In this document: positions 54,257 through 63,640 of the stretch, piece by piece
Layout: the number at the start of each line of letters is the position of its first letter
Position numbering within the stretch: position 1 is the stretch's first letter
NCBI GenBank assembly: GCA_016870355.1
Contig: VGBR01000002.1
Coordinates: 90,982-154,981 of the forward strand
Length of the DNA: 64,000 bases
Reading direction: 5' to 3'
Source: Actinomycetota bacterium
GTDB lineage: Bacteria > Actinomycetota > Acidimicrobiia > IMCC26256 > PALSA-555
Program-made: the position numbers and the translations under genes
The notes under the pieces: generated by a model
Database searches by the model: none
Seen by the model: the letters and a program-made list of their open reading frames with translations, nothing else
What the model was told of the DNA's origin: nothing

Positions 54257-55222
54257 TCACCCCGCGTTCGGCGCGAGCGCCCGCATCACCTCTCGCACCT
54301 CTTCACCAGAACCCATGATCGCCGGTGCCGGCGTCGTCACTCCGTTGGCGACGAACCGCGCGAGGTGCTCACGGATCTCGTCGACGGTGCCATGCACGAT
54401 CAGCTGGTCGATCAGCTCCTCGGGGATCGCCTCGGTCGCGGCGGCGCGGTCACCGGCCTTCCATGCGTCCCACATCGGCGCGAGCGCGGCGCCACGACCC
54501 AACCACTCGTGGAACTGCGCGTACACCGGCACATTCAGGTACGCGGCGATCGAACGTCTTCCCACGTACTGCACGAGATCACGGTCCGTCGTCGCGAACA
54601 CGAAGATGCGAGCGACGATCTCCTTGCCCTCACCGACGTGCGGCACGACCGTCTTCACGTCATCGGCGGAGAGCCAGTTGATGATGGCGCCGTCGCCTTC
54701 ACGCCCTGCGAGCTTCAGCATGCCGGGACGCAGCGCGGCGACGAGGATCGGCGGCATCTCTTCGACGGCGGCGCCGAGCCGAAAGCCGTTCACTGCGAAC
54801 GTCTCGTATTCGGCGGTGACCTTCTCGCCGGCAAGGGCGGCGCGCAGGAAGCGGATCGTGTCGCGCACACGCTGATAGGGCTTCTCGAACGGGATGCCGT
54901 TCCACCGTTCGACGATCACGTCCGACGAGGTGCCGATGCCGAGCGCGAACCGTCCGGGGGCGGCCTGGCACATCGCCGCGACGGTTTGGGCGAGTGTGGC
55001 CGCGCCGCGCGTGTAGGCCGGCACGATCGCTGTGCCCAACCGGAGCTTCGGTGCCCACGCCGCCGCCAGCGCGAGCGGTGTGAACGCGTCGCAGGCGCCG
55101 GCTTCGGCCGACCATAGGTCGGTGTAGCCGAGCTGCTCGAGCTCCTCGAACCATGCCTTGTGCTCGTGGAGCGGCACGCCCTCGAAGGGCACCGTGAGCC
55201 CATGACGCTGCGGAACAGTCAC
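54257..55222 (-). CDS. Luciferase-like (LLM class) F420-dependent oxidoreductase
   Basis: TIM-barrel LLM pattern (GYTDLWSAE, FALGIGTSS, ...RFVANGVT). F420 dependence is inferred from the family and from the fbi genes in the window. Confidence 0.8.
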   Translation of the reverse strand: MTVPQRHGLTVPFEGVPLHEHKAWFEELEQLGYTDLWSAEAGACDAFTPLALAAAWAPKLRLGTAIVPAYTRGAATLAQTVAAMCQAAPGRFALGIGTSSDVIVERWNGIPFEKPYQRVRDTIRFLRAALAGEKVTAEYETFAVNGFRLGAAVEEMPPILVAALRPGMLKLAGREGDGAIINWLSADDVKTVVPHVGEGKEIVARIFVFATTDRDLVQYVGRRSIAAYLNVPVYAQFHEWLGRGAALAPMWDAWKAGDRAAATEAIPEELIDQLIVHGTVDEIREHLARFVANGVTTPAPAIMGSGEEVREVMRALAPNAG

Positions 55223-55223
55223 G

Positions 55224-56051
55224 TCACGTCTTCTCCTCAGGGCCGGTGTTCAGCTCGCGGACGATCACCGACTGGCTTGCGGTCGCCAGCAGTGTGCCGT
55301 CCTCGGCCCAGATGTGCACGACTCCGTGGCCGAACCCCTTGGAGACCGCCTGCACCCGCACGTCGGCGAGCACCAACTCGGTGCGCGCGGTCTGCACCAT
55401 ACGCAACGTGTTGTCGATGCTGTTGCCGGAGATCTCTCGCCCCAGTGCTTGTCCTACCCCGAACGGCACGTAGTCGGCCACGATCGCGAGGGCCGCGGCA
55501 GTCGCCTCGTCCCCGAAGGGCAACGTGACCCACAGCGCGCTGCGGCCGTCAGAGGTGGGCGAGCCGTCGAGCTCGTCGATCTCGCGCCCAACCGCGATGC
55601 GCATCTTCAAGGTCTCCGCGATCGTGCCGTTGAAGCGCGACAGGAGATCTCGCGGCTTGGTGTCATCCGGTCTGGGAACGTCGGGATGCACGGCCCACTC
55701 GGCGGTCCACGGAGGCTCGCGGCGACCGACTGCACCGACGACCGTGAAGATCTCCCGTCCGTCGACACGGGCGAGCACACGTGCCTGCGAGGTGGCGTGG
55801 CCTCGGACGACCTCCGTCACCTCGAGCTCGACCACGTCCCCCGGTCGCGCGAATTCAAGGTACTGCGCAGTCGCCCAGACGCACGGACGGCCGGTCACGT
55901 CTTCCAGTACCGCGATGGATGCGCCGAGCGCGCACCCGCCGAACAGCGCGCCGATGCCGGAGCACAGGCGGCGCACAACCGGCATGCGCCAGCGCATCGA
56001 GTCATCGGTCGGCTCGAGGCCGTAGAACGTGCTCGCGTCTGGCTCGCTCAT
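55224..56051 (-). CDS. Acyl-CoA thioesterase (double hot-dog, TesB-like)
   Basis: GALFGGCALGASIAVLE...WATAQYLEFARPGDVVELEV...HGVVHIWAEDGTLLATASQS. The start is ATG 56051 or ATG 56069. Confidence 0.7.
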   Translation of the reverse strand: MSEPDASTFYGLEPTDDSMRWRMPVVRRLCSGIGALFGGCALGASIAVLEDVTGRPCVWATAQYLEFARPGDVVELEVTEVVRGHATSQARVLARVDGREIFTVVGAVGRREPPWTAEWAVHPDVPRPDDTKPRDLLSRFNGTIAETLKMRIAVGREIDELDGSPTSDGRSALWVTLPFGDEATAAALAIVADYVPFGVGQALGREISGNSIDNTLRMVQTARTELVLADVRVQAVSKGFGHGVVHIWAEDGTLLATASQSVIVRELNTGPEEKT

Positions 56052-56058
56052 GTCGGCG

Positions 56059-57042
56059 TCAGTCTGCATCGCTTGCCGCGACTGCCCACGAACGGCCTTG
56101 GCCGGCATCTTCGATCGCGAGACGGAGCCACCAACCCGTGTCGCGCCCCTTGCTGCTCCACACGAAGAACGAGAGCGCGTCGAGTCGCTCGCCGAGCACC
56201 AGCGGATCGGGCGGCCACTCGTCGAGCAAGTCAGTGAGCGCACCGGCGGCCCACCACGCGGCAAACCGGCCCGCGGCCGCGCCGGGCCGGCGACCGTGCG
56301 CGCCGCCGCTCGCGCCGGCCCACGCCATCAGCGCCATCGCGTCCGGTGATCCAATCGACGCAGTGCGCACATCGGTCGCACCCAGCGCGGTGATCGCATC
56401 GGTCGATCGACCCTCGACCACCACGGCGTCCGACTCACCGTTCGAACCTTCTACCCACGCCCGCGTGAGATCGACGAGTGCTCCACACACCTCGTCGCGC
56501 TCGATCTTCGGGCTCGGCGTCGGCACTTCGGTCTTGGTCAGCCGGGGGAGCGAAGGCATGGGGAACTCGGCGCGGTCGGACGCGTACTCGGCGAGCGCGT
56601 ACTCGGGTTCCCACGTCGACAGCACGAGCGGGACCTCGAGCACGGCCGGGCCGGGAAGATCTACGTCGGAGAGGTTTTCACCGCGCAGCACTCGTTCGTG
56701 TGCGGCGAGCACCGCGGCGGGTCCGGACGACACGTGGGGAGCGAGCTCGACCCACGTGTGGGCTTGCGCCGCGACTTCGGGGAGCGGACCGAGCGCGAAG
56801 GGTGCGGAGTCGTCGACGAGGACCGCGGCCGCCCACAGTGCGGGCGCTTCCAGCGCGAGCCGGTACGCCGCGTGCGAAGCCGCGGGCCAGAGCTGATGGC
56901 CGACTTCGTGTGCGCGAGCGCACCGCTCGCGCAGCTGTTCGAGCTGATCCCACTCGCGGGCGTCGCACAGCGCATCGACCGTGCGTACGAGCTCGTCCAG
57001 ATCGCCTCGTCGCACCACCTCGTCGACGGCGTCGCGGTCCAT
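56059..57042 (-). CDS. Hypothetical protein (327 aa), no domain recognised
   Basis: ATG 57042 (MDRDAVDEVVRRGDLDELVRTVDALCDAREWDQLEQLRERC...). It has protein-like composition and high third-position GC. It is divergent from the ABC-2 transporter genes. Confidence 0.55.
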   Translation of the reverse strand: MDRDAVDEVVRRGDLDELVRTVDALCDAREWDQLEQLRERCARAHEVGHQLWPAASHAAYRLALEAPALWAAAVLVDDSAPFALGPLPEVAAQAHTWVELAPHVSSGPAAVLAAHERVLRGENLSDVDLPGPAVLEVPLVLSTWEPEYALAEYASDRAEFPMPSLPRLTKTEVPTPSPKIERDEVCGALVDLTRAWVEGSNGESDAVVVEGRSTDAITALGATDVRTASIGSPDAMALMAWAGASGGAHGRRPGAAAGRFAAWWAAGALTDLLDEWPPDPLVLGERLDALSFFVWSSKGRDTGWWLRLAIEDAGQGRSWAVAASDAD

Positions 57043-57090
57043 CAGCCCATCCTCGCGGGGTCTGAGATGGCAAGTGAGAGACTGCCGAGA

Positions 57091-58086
57091 ATGGGCAGCC
57101 CCTCCGCGATCGAAGTTGAAGGTCTCGTACGCCGCTTCGGCGACTTCACGGCGGTGAACGAGGTGTCGTTCGCGGTCGAGCCAGGAGAGCTCTTCGGCTT
57201 CCTCGGGCCGAACGGTGCGGGCAAGACCACGACGATCTCGATCCTGTGCACGCTCCTGCGTCCGTCGGGCGGGGCGGCACGGGTCGCGGGGTTCGACGTC
57301 GACACTCAGCCTGGAGAGGTGCGATCGAGCATCGGACTGGTCTTCCAGGAGCTCACGCTGGACGACTACCTCACGGGCATGCAGAACCTGCGCTTCCATG
57401 CCGTGTTGTACGGCTATCCGGCCGCGGAGGTCTCCGGACGGGCCACGCCGCTGCTCGAGATGGTCGGGCTCGAAGACCGCGCCGATCAACAGGTGCGCTT
57501 CTACTCCGGTGGGATGAAGCGTCGACTGGAGATCGCTCGCGGGTTGCTGCACTCACCGCGCGTGCTGTTCCTGGACGAGCCCACGATCGGTCTCGACCCT
57601 CAGACGCGTGTCCACATCTGGGACTACGTCGACACGTTGCGCAAGCGCGAGTCGACCACGATGTTCCTGACGACGCACTACATGGATGAGGCCGATCGGT
57701 GCGATCGCATCGCGATCATCGATCAGGGGCGGATCGTCGCGATCGACACCCCCGACGCACTCAAGAACTCGGTGGGGCTCGACACCGTGGTCCTCAACAC
57801 GAGTGACGACCAGGTTGCGCTGGAGGAGATCCAGCGAGGTCTCGACGTCATGGGTGAGCACACGGACGAGGGACTCCGGCTCCGAGTGCCCGAAGGGGAG
57901 TCCTTCGTGCCCCGGCTCTTCGAGCACCTGACGGTCGGAGTCGCCAACGTGGCGATGCATCGCCCGAGCCTCGATGACGTCTTCATCAAGTACACGGGTC
58001 GTGACATCAGGGATGCCGAATCCGGCTACTCCGATCGTCTCAGGATGAACCCGATGGTCCGCGGTTTTCGCAGGGAGGGGAGCTGA
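57091..58086 (+). CDS. ABC transporter ATP-binding protein (ABC-2/DrrA type)
   Basis: GPNGAGKTT, YSGGMKRRLEIARG and LFLDEPTIGLD. ATG 57067 is an alternative start. Confidence 0.9.
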   Translation: MGSPSAIEVEGLVRRFGDFTAVNEVSFAVEPGELFGFLGPNGAGKTTTISILCTLLRPSGGAARVAGFDVDTQPGEVRSSIGLVFQELTLDDYLTGMQNLRFHAVLYGYPAAEVSGRATPLLEMVGLEDRADQQVRFYSGGMKRRLEIARGLLHSPRVLFLDEPTIGLDPQTRVHIWDYVDTLRKRESTTMFLTTHYMDEADRCDRIAIIDQGRIVAIDTPDALKNSVGLDTVVLNTSDDQVALEEIQRGLDVMGEHTDEGLRLRVPEGESFVPRLFEHLTVGVANVAMHRPSLDDVFIKYTGRDIRDAESGYSDRLRMNPMVRGFRREGS

Positions 58087-58087
58087 C

Positions 58088-58942
58088 GTGGCCGACACGG
58101 TCGTGCGCGCGGATGAGCGGGTGATCACCGCAGCGCCGCAGGTGCGTCGCGACGGCAACTTGGCGCGCAACGTGCGCGCTGCTCTCATGATCTGGCGCCG
58201 CGACATCATCCGGCTCTTCCGCATGCCGGCGCGCCTGATCTCCGGCATCGCGCAGCCGATGTTGTTCCTGTTCGTGCTGGGTGCCGGGCTCGAAGGTGCG
58301 ATCGGCAGCCGCGGCGCCGCTGGTGTCGACTATCAGCAGTACTTGTTCCCCGGCATCCTGGCGATGTCCGTGCTCACGTCGGCGTTGTTCTCTGCGATGG
58401 CCATCGTCTGGGACCGAGAGTTCGGATTCATGCGCGAGATGATGGTGGCACCGATCTCGCGTTCAGCACTCGTCATCGGCAAGGCCCTCGGCGGCGGTTC
58501 GGTGTCGGTGATGCAGGGCATCGTGCTCGTCGTCCTGGCGCCGGTGGTCGGTGTCTCGTTCACCGTGGCCAGCTTCTTCCAGATGCTCGGCTTCTTGCTG
58601 TTGCTCGCGTTCGCGCTGACCGCGTTCGGCATCGTGATCGGGAGTCGCATGCAGCGCATGGAGAGCTTCCAGATGATCATGGCGCTCGTCATGCAGCCCA
58701 TGCTCTTCCTGTCGGGCGCGATCTTCCCGTTGGTGCAGCTGCCGGACTGGCTCGGCGTGATCACGCGGCTGAACCCGGCCACGTATCCGGTCGATGCGAT
58801 CCGCCGCGTCGTGCTGCCCAAGGCAGTCGAGCTCGAAGTGCTCGGGTGGACGGTTCCGCTGTGGGCCGACGCGCTCATCACGCTCGGCTTCGGTGCGGCG
58901 ATGCTCCTGCTCGCGGTGAAGCTGTTCGACCGGACCGAGTGA
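58088..58942 (+). CDS. ABC-2 type transporter permease
   Basis: Six hydrophobic helices and the motif DREFGFMREMMVAPISR. It starts 1 nt after the ATPase stop. Confidence 0.85.
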   Translation: MADTVVRADERVITAAPQVRRDGNLARNVRAALMIWRRDIIRLFRMPARLISGIAQPMLFLFVLGAGLEGAIGSRGAAGVDYQQYLFPGILAMSVLTSALFSAMAIVWDREFGFMREMMVAPISRSALVIGKALGGGSVSVMQGIVLVVLAPVVGVSFTVASFFQMLGFLLLLAFALTAFGIVIGSRMQRMESFQMIMALVMQPMLFLSGAIFPLVQLPDWLGVITRLNPATYPVDAIRRVVLPKAVELEVLGWTVPLWADALITLGFGAAMLLLAVKLFDRTE

Positions 58943-58946
58943 GGCT

Positions 58947-60686
58947 CTAGCCGCCGCGCACCAACGTCCCGTCGAGCGCTCCCGTGTGCTCACCGTGGTC
59001 CATGAAGACCTGGCCGTTGACGATCGTGAGGTCATAGCCACGCGCCCGGCCGAGGTAGCGGCCGGCACCATGAGGGAAGTCATGGACGTACTCGGGGACC
59101 TGCAGGGCCAGCTCATCCCAATCGAGCACGTTGAGGTCGGCGAACGCGCCTTCGCGCAGTTCCCCCCGATCCGGGACCCCGAAGGTCGCGGCAGTGTCTG
59201 ACGTCAGGCGGCGCACGGCGTCCTCGAGAGTCAGCACCTCGCGCTCGCGGACCCAGTAGGCGAGCAGCGTGGTCGGCGCGCTCGCGTCCATGGTCTGGCC
59301 GACGTGGGCGCCCGCGTCGGCGAGTCCGGACAGGATCTCGGGCTGAGCGAGCATCTCGCCGATGGCGTCGACGCTCTGGTTCAGCAGCGGCCACGACACC
59401 ACGAGCGCGCCGTCGGTCTCGAGGGCGAGGTCGATGAACGCCTCCACCGGCGACGTGCCCCGGGCGTCCGCGATCGCGACCAGCGAGTGCTCCGGCCGGC
59501 AGTCGTACCTCGCCCTCCCGTCGGGGCCGTTCAACACGAAGAAGACATCCAGTCCGGCGCGGTCCTCACGCGCCGGCTCGATCAGCCCGGCGCGAGTGAC
59601 GGGGTCGCGCAGCGCTGCGAGTCGCCCGTCGAGCGGGAGCCCTTGGAGTGCTCGCCACGCTGGGTGGCGGTCGAACGGTGTGCGGTGCGCGATTCCCGTG
59701 AGCACGCCGATGAATCGCGGCGTGGTCTGAGGTCGGACGACGGCACCGGAGGCATTGGCGGCCCGGGCGAGCTCGATCGCGCGCCGGTAGTGCTCGCCCT
59801 GTTCGTAGGTGTGTGACAACCCGAACGTCACCGGCCGTCCCGAGCGTCGACTGGCCTCGGCGATCCACTGCATCTCGGACTCGACCCGGGGGATCGCCGG
59901 TCCTTCGCCATCGAAGCGTGGTGCCACCTCGATGACCCCGCGCCCGCGGCGTCCGAGCACGTCCACGAACGCGAACATCTCGTCGGTGCCGGCGTAGGTC
60001 CCGGGTACGAACCGGCCGTCGGGGACGCGGTGTCGCAAGGTGCGCGAGCTCGAGAACCCGAGTGCGCCGGCGTCGAGCGCCTCGTCGACCAGCGCGGTCA
60101 TCAGGTCCAGCTCGGCCTCGGTCGGCGTCGCCGTGTCGTCGAGGCTGCGCTCCCCCATGGCGTAGTACCGCAACGCGCAGTGGCCGACCATGCCGCCCAC
60201 GTTCACGCCCTTCGGCGTGGTTGCGAGCCAGCCCAGGTACTCGCCGTACGTCTCCCAGTCCCACGGCAGCCCATCGAGGATGCTGCGGGCCGGGATGTCC
60301 TCGACCGACTCCATCATCTCGGCCAGATAGGTGTGATCGTCGCGCCGCACCGGCGCGAAGGTGACCCCGCAGTTGCCGACCACGACCGTGGTGACGCCGT
60401 GAAAGCACGATGACGACCCGATGGGGTCCCAGGCGAGCTGCGCGTCGAGGTGCGTGTGGATGTCGACGAAGCCCGGCGTGACGACGCGTCCGTCCGCGTC
60501 GATCTCACGGCGTCCCTTCGCGTCGACGTCACCGACCTCGACGATGCGGTCGCCATCGATGGCGACGTCGGCTCGGCGCGCGGCCGCGCCGGTCCCGTCG
60601 ACTACCGTGCCGCCGCGCACCACCAGGTCGTGTCCGATGCCGCCTCCTCTGGTCGCCCTCGCAAGCTTCGGGCTCTCGCATTGCAA
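58947..60686 (-). CDS. Amidohydrolase superfamily protein, N-acyl-D-amino-acid deacylase-like
   Basis: HDLVVRGGTVVDGTG, and GRVVTPGFVDIHTHLD (the metal-binding HxH). There is no ATG near the conserved N-terminus. TTG 60686 was chosen provisionally, so the start is uncertain. Confidence 0.75.
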   Translation of the reverse strand: MQCESPKLARATRGGGIGHDLVVRGGTVVDGTGAAARRADVAIDGDRIVEVGDVDAKGRREIDADGRVVTPGFVDIHTHLDAQLAWDPIGSSSCFHGVTTVVVGNCGVTFAPVRRDDHTYLAEMMESVEDIPARSILDGLPWDWETYGEYLGWLATTPKGVNVGGMVGHCALRYYAMGERSLDDTATPTEAELDLMTALVDEALDAGALGFSSSRTLRHRVPDGRFVPGTYAGTDEMFAFVDVLGRRGRGVIEVAPRFDGEGPAIPRVESEMQWIAEASRRSGRPVTFGLSHTYEQGEHYRRAIELARAANASGAVVRPQTTPRFIGVLTGIAHRTPFDRHPAWRALQGLPLDGRLAALRDPVTRAGLIEPAREDRAGLDVFFVLNGPDGRARYDCRPEHSLVAIADARGTSPVEAFIDLALETDGALVVSWPLLNQSVDAIGEMLAQPEILSGLADAGAHVGQTMDASAPTTLLAYWVREREVLTLEDAVRRLTSDTAATFGVPDRGELREGAFADLNVLDWDELALQVPEYVHDFPHGAGRYLGRARGYDLTIVNGQVFMDHGEHTGALDGTLVRGG

Positions 60687-60816
60687 CGGTCGGCAGAGCC
60701 GCCGTTGCCGGTGCACGGTACGCGCCCGGCCACGAGGCCACAGGGCGGCATCCACGGATCCGTCGGTAGGATGTGACGAGCCGTCAGATCGACGTCACCC
60801 CGTGGGAGAGAGGTCC

Positions 60817-62022
60817 GTGAGCGCGCAGACCCCGCACATCCCGCTGATCGTGAGCGTCGACGACCACGTCGTGGAGCCGCCGCACGTGTGGGAGCGGTGG
60901 CTCCCCGAACGGCACAGGGAGCGGGCGCCGCGCATCGAGCGCAAGGGCCTGGCCGGCATGCGGCATGTGGGCGGCGGCACCTATGAGCTCCAGTTCGACG
61001 ACGACGCGCCGAAGGCCGACTGCTGGGTGTTCGAGGGCCAGGTCTACCCGCACAAGCGCCATGTGGCAGCGGTGGGCTTCGAGCGCGACGACATGACGCT
61101 GTCGCCGATCACCTACGAAGAGATGCGGCCCGGTTGCTACGAGCCCAAGGCGCGCGTCGAAGACATGCTGATGAACCACGTCGAGGCGTCGGTGTCGTTC
61201 CCCACCTTCCCGCGGTTCTGCGGTCAGACCTTCCTCGAGACCGACGATCGCGAGCTGGGGATGGCGTGTGTGCTCGCGTACAACGACTGGATGGTCGACG
61301 AGTGGTGCGGTGACAGCGACGGCCACCTGGTGCCACTGGCGATCATCCCCTTGTGGGACGTCGATGCCGCGGCCGCGGAGGTCCGCCGCAATGCCGCGCG
61401 CGGTGTGCACGCAGTCTGCTTCAGCGAGATCCCACCCCACCTCGGGTTGCCGAGCATCCACTCCGGTGCGTGGGACCCGCTCTTCGCAGCGTGTGCGGAG
61501 ACGGCAACCGTCGTGTGCATGCACATCGGCTCGTCGTCGAAGATGCCGGCGACCTCGGCGGATGCGCCGGTCGCGGTCGCGGCCACGCTGTCGTTCGGCA
61601 ACGCCATGGCCTCGATGAGCGACTTCTTGTTCTCGGGCGTGCTGGTGCGGTTCCCTGATCTGCGCCTCGCGTACTCGGAGGGCCAGATCGGGTGGATCCC
61701 GTACATCCTCGAACGAGCCGACGACGTGTGGCAAGAGCACCGGGCATGGGGTGAGGTGCGGCACATCGTCCCCGAGCCGCCGTCCTCCTACTACTACCGC
61801 CAGATCTTCGGCTGCTTCTTCCGTGATCAGCACGGTTTGAGCTCGCTCGAAGAGGTTGGCGTCGACAACATCACCTTCGAGACCGACTACCCGCACACGG
61901 ATTCGACGTGGCCGCACACCAAAGAGGTGGCCGAGAAGATGTTCTCGGGGCTCGACGACGACACGATCCACAAGATCGTGCGCGGGAACGCGATCCGGAT
62001 GCTCAGCCTCGACCTGACCTGA
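60817..62022 (+). CDS. Amidohydrolase-2 (ACMSD-like, PF04909-type) family protein
   Basis: GTG 60817 is preceded by GGGAGAGAGG. Motifs: LIVSVDDHVVEPPHVW and TFETDYPHTDSTWP. The upstream part of the track ORF is an antisense shadow of the neighbouring gene. Confidence 0.8.
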   Translation: MSAQTPHIPLIVSVDDHVVEPPHVWERWLPERHRERAPRIERKGLAGMRHVGGGTYELQFDDDAPKADCWVFEGQVYPHKRHVAAVGFERDDMTLSPITYEEMRPGCYEPKARVEDMLMNHVEASVSFPTFPRFCGQTFLETDDRELGMACVLAYNDWMVDEWCGDSDGHLVPLAIIPLWDVDAAAAEVRRNAARGVHAVCFSEIPPHLGLPSIHSGAWDPLFAACAETATVVCMHIGSSSKMPATSADAPVAVAATLSFGNAMASMSDFLFSGVLVRFPDLRLAYSEGQIGWIPYILERADDVWQEHRAWGEVRHIVPEPPSSYYYRQIFGCFFRDQHGLSSLEEVGVDNITFETDYPHTDSTWPHTKEVAEKMFSGLDDDTIHKIVRGNAIRMLSLDLT

Positions 62023-62050
62023 GCGACGACGACCCGAACCTGCGTGGGCG

Positions 62051-62605
62051 ATGGCCGATCTCGTGAAGGGCAGGCTGCTCGTGGCCACGCCCGAGCTCGA
62101 GGACCCGAACTTCTTCCGCACCGTCATGCTGATGCTCGATCACACCGAGGAAGGCGCGCTCGGTGTCGTGCTCAACCGGCCGACGACGGCGTCGGTGTCG
62201 GAGCCGCTCCCCGAGTGGGCCTCGATCGCGGCCGAGCCCGCAGTCGTCTTCGTCGGAGGCCCGGTGCAGCCGGAGGCCGCCATCGGCATCGGCCGCCGCG
62301 CCGGCACCGGTGAGCCCGACGGCTTCGCGACGTTGTTCGGCGAGCTCGGTACGGTGGATCTCGAGCGCCCACCAACTGCGGTGGCGCCACCCGTCGATCG
62401 GTTGCGGGTGTTCGCCGGGTACGCGGGCTGGGCGCCCGGACAGCTCGAGCGCGAGCTCGCCGCCGACGGGTGGTTCGTGGTCGAGAGCGACGCCGCCGAT
62501 CCCTGGTCGGACGCACCGACCGACTTGTGGCGCCGCGTGCTCCGACGTCAGCGTGGTCAGCTCCGCGTCTTCGCCGACTTCCCGATGGACCCCCAGGCCA
62601 ACTGA
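62051..62605 (+). CDS. YqgE/AlgH family protein (UPF0301)
   Basis: GRLLVATPELEDPNFFRTVMLMLDHTEEGALGVVLNRP is the family signature. Confidence 0.85.
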   Translation: MADLVKGRLLVATPELEDPNFFRTVMLMLDHTEEGALGVVLNRPTTASVSEPLPEWASIAAEPAVVFVGGPVQPEAAIGIGRRAGTGEPDGFATLFGELGTVDLERPPTAVAPPVDRLRVFAGYAGWAPGQLERELAADGWFVVESDAADPWSDAPTDLWRRVLRRQRGQLRVFADFPMDPQAN

Positions 62606-62701
62606 AGTCCGGCGCGTCCACTCGGTACGATCGCGATGCAGACGGACAGGTAGCGGAGGCGTGGCCGGACGGCCGGGACGCCGGAGCGGAATGGACCCGA
62701 C

Positions 62702-63136
62702 ATGAGGTTCAACCACATGGAGCTGACGTTCCCAGTCGGCACGCTCGATGACGTGTTCCGCAAGGAGGTCGACGAGTTCTACGGCGGCGTGTTCGGCTGG
62801 ACCGGCGTCGACACCGAGGTCGTCGGTCAGCTCTGTCACGTCATGATGACAGGCGACCCGAACGGCGACTTCATCCTGCTGGCGGAGAGCCCGAAACCGA
62901 TGAGCTCGCCCGGCTACGACCACCTCGGGTTGCTCCAGGACACGCGCACCGAGGTCGACGAGCTGCTCGAGAAGTGCAAGCGGTGGGCCGAGAAGGACGA
63001 CCGCGTGCGGATCAAGGAGTACGAGGATCTCGTCATCGGCGACCTCGTGGTCCACGCGTTCTACGTGAAGCACCTGCTGCCCATCTACTTCGATGTGCAG
63101 TGCATGGAGCGCGACGGCACGCCGGTTCCTTCGTAG
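62702..63136 (+). CDS. VOC (glyoxalase/dioxygenase-fold) family protein
   Basis: MRFNHMELTFP..., FYGGVFGW, and GYDHLGLL. The call is weak but consistent with the VOC fold. Confidence 0.6.
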   Translation: MRFNHMELTFPVGTLDDVFRKEVDEFYGGVFGWTGVDTEVVGQLCHVMMTGDPNGDFILLAESPKPMSSPGYDHLGLLQDTRTEVDELLEKCKRWAEKDDRVRIKEYEDLVIGDLVVHAFYVKHLLPIYFDVQCMERDGTPVPS

Positions 63137-63151
63137 CTCCAGAGCCAACCG

Positions 63152-63572
63152 GTGGCGGACAGCCCAGAGCCTGACGAGACCGAGCTCGGCCGTTGGTACA
63201 CGGCATTGGTGCGCGGTACGACCAACTCGAAGATCGGGACGGCGATCATCACGAACGAGCGACTGCTGTTCTTCGATCAGAAGTTTGCGCCGAACGCGGC
63301 AGCGGGCGTGTTGACGACCCTGATCGTCGACCGTCTCCAGAAGCGGCACGAAGCGGCTGGTCCGTTTCCTCGACGTGCCGCTCACGACGGTCACCACGGC
63401 GACACGTCAGAAGAAGCTGCTCAACAAGGAGCGGATCTCGATCAGCACCACCGATGGCGAGCACCTGTTCAACGATGGCTGGTCGAAGTGGAGCCCGGTG
63501 CTACGACAGGCGCTCATGGACTTCGGACGGACGATCGTCGATGAGTCTGTCGACTCGTTTCGGGTTGAATAG
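63152..63572 (+). pseudogene. PH/GRAM-like small protein interrupted by a +1 frame change near 63345-63362
   Basis: Frame A (GTG 63152) reads ...GTAIITNERLLFFDQKFAPNAAAGVLTTLIVDRLQKR, then loses G/C at third positions. Frame B is open from 63324 and reads LVRFLDVPLTTVTTATRQKKLLNKERISISTTDGEHLF...SFRVE-stop at 63572, with high third-position GC. Confidence 0.55.
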
Positions 63573-63640
63573 CCCTTCACCGATGGCGTCGACGTCGCTC
63601 GCCTCGAGATGACGGTGATGTTCGAGGCTTCGGGCCTCGG

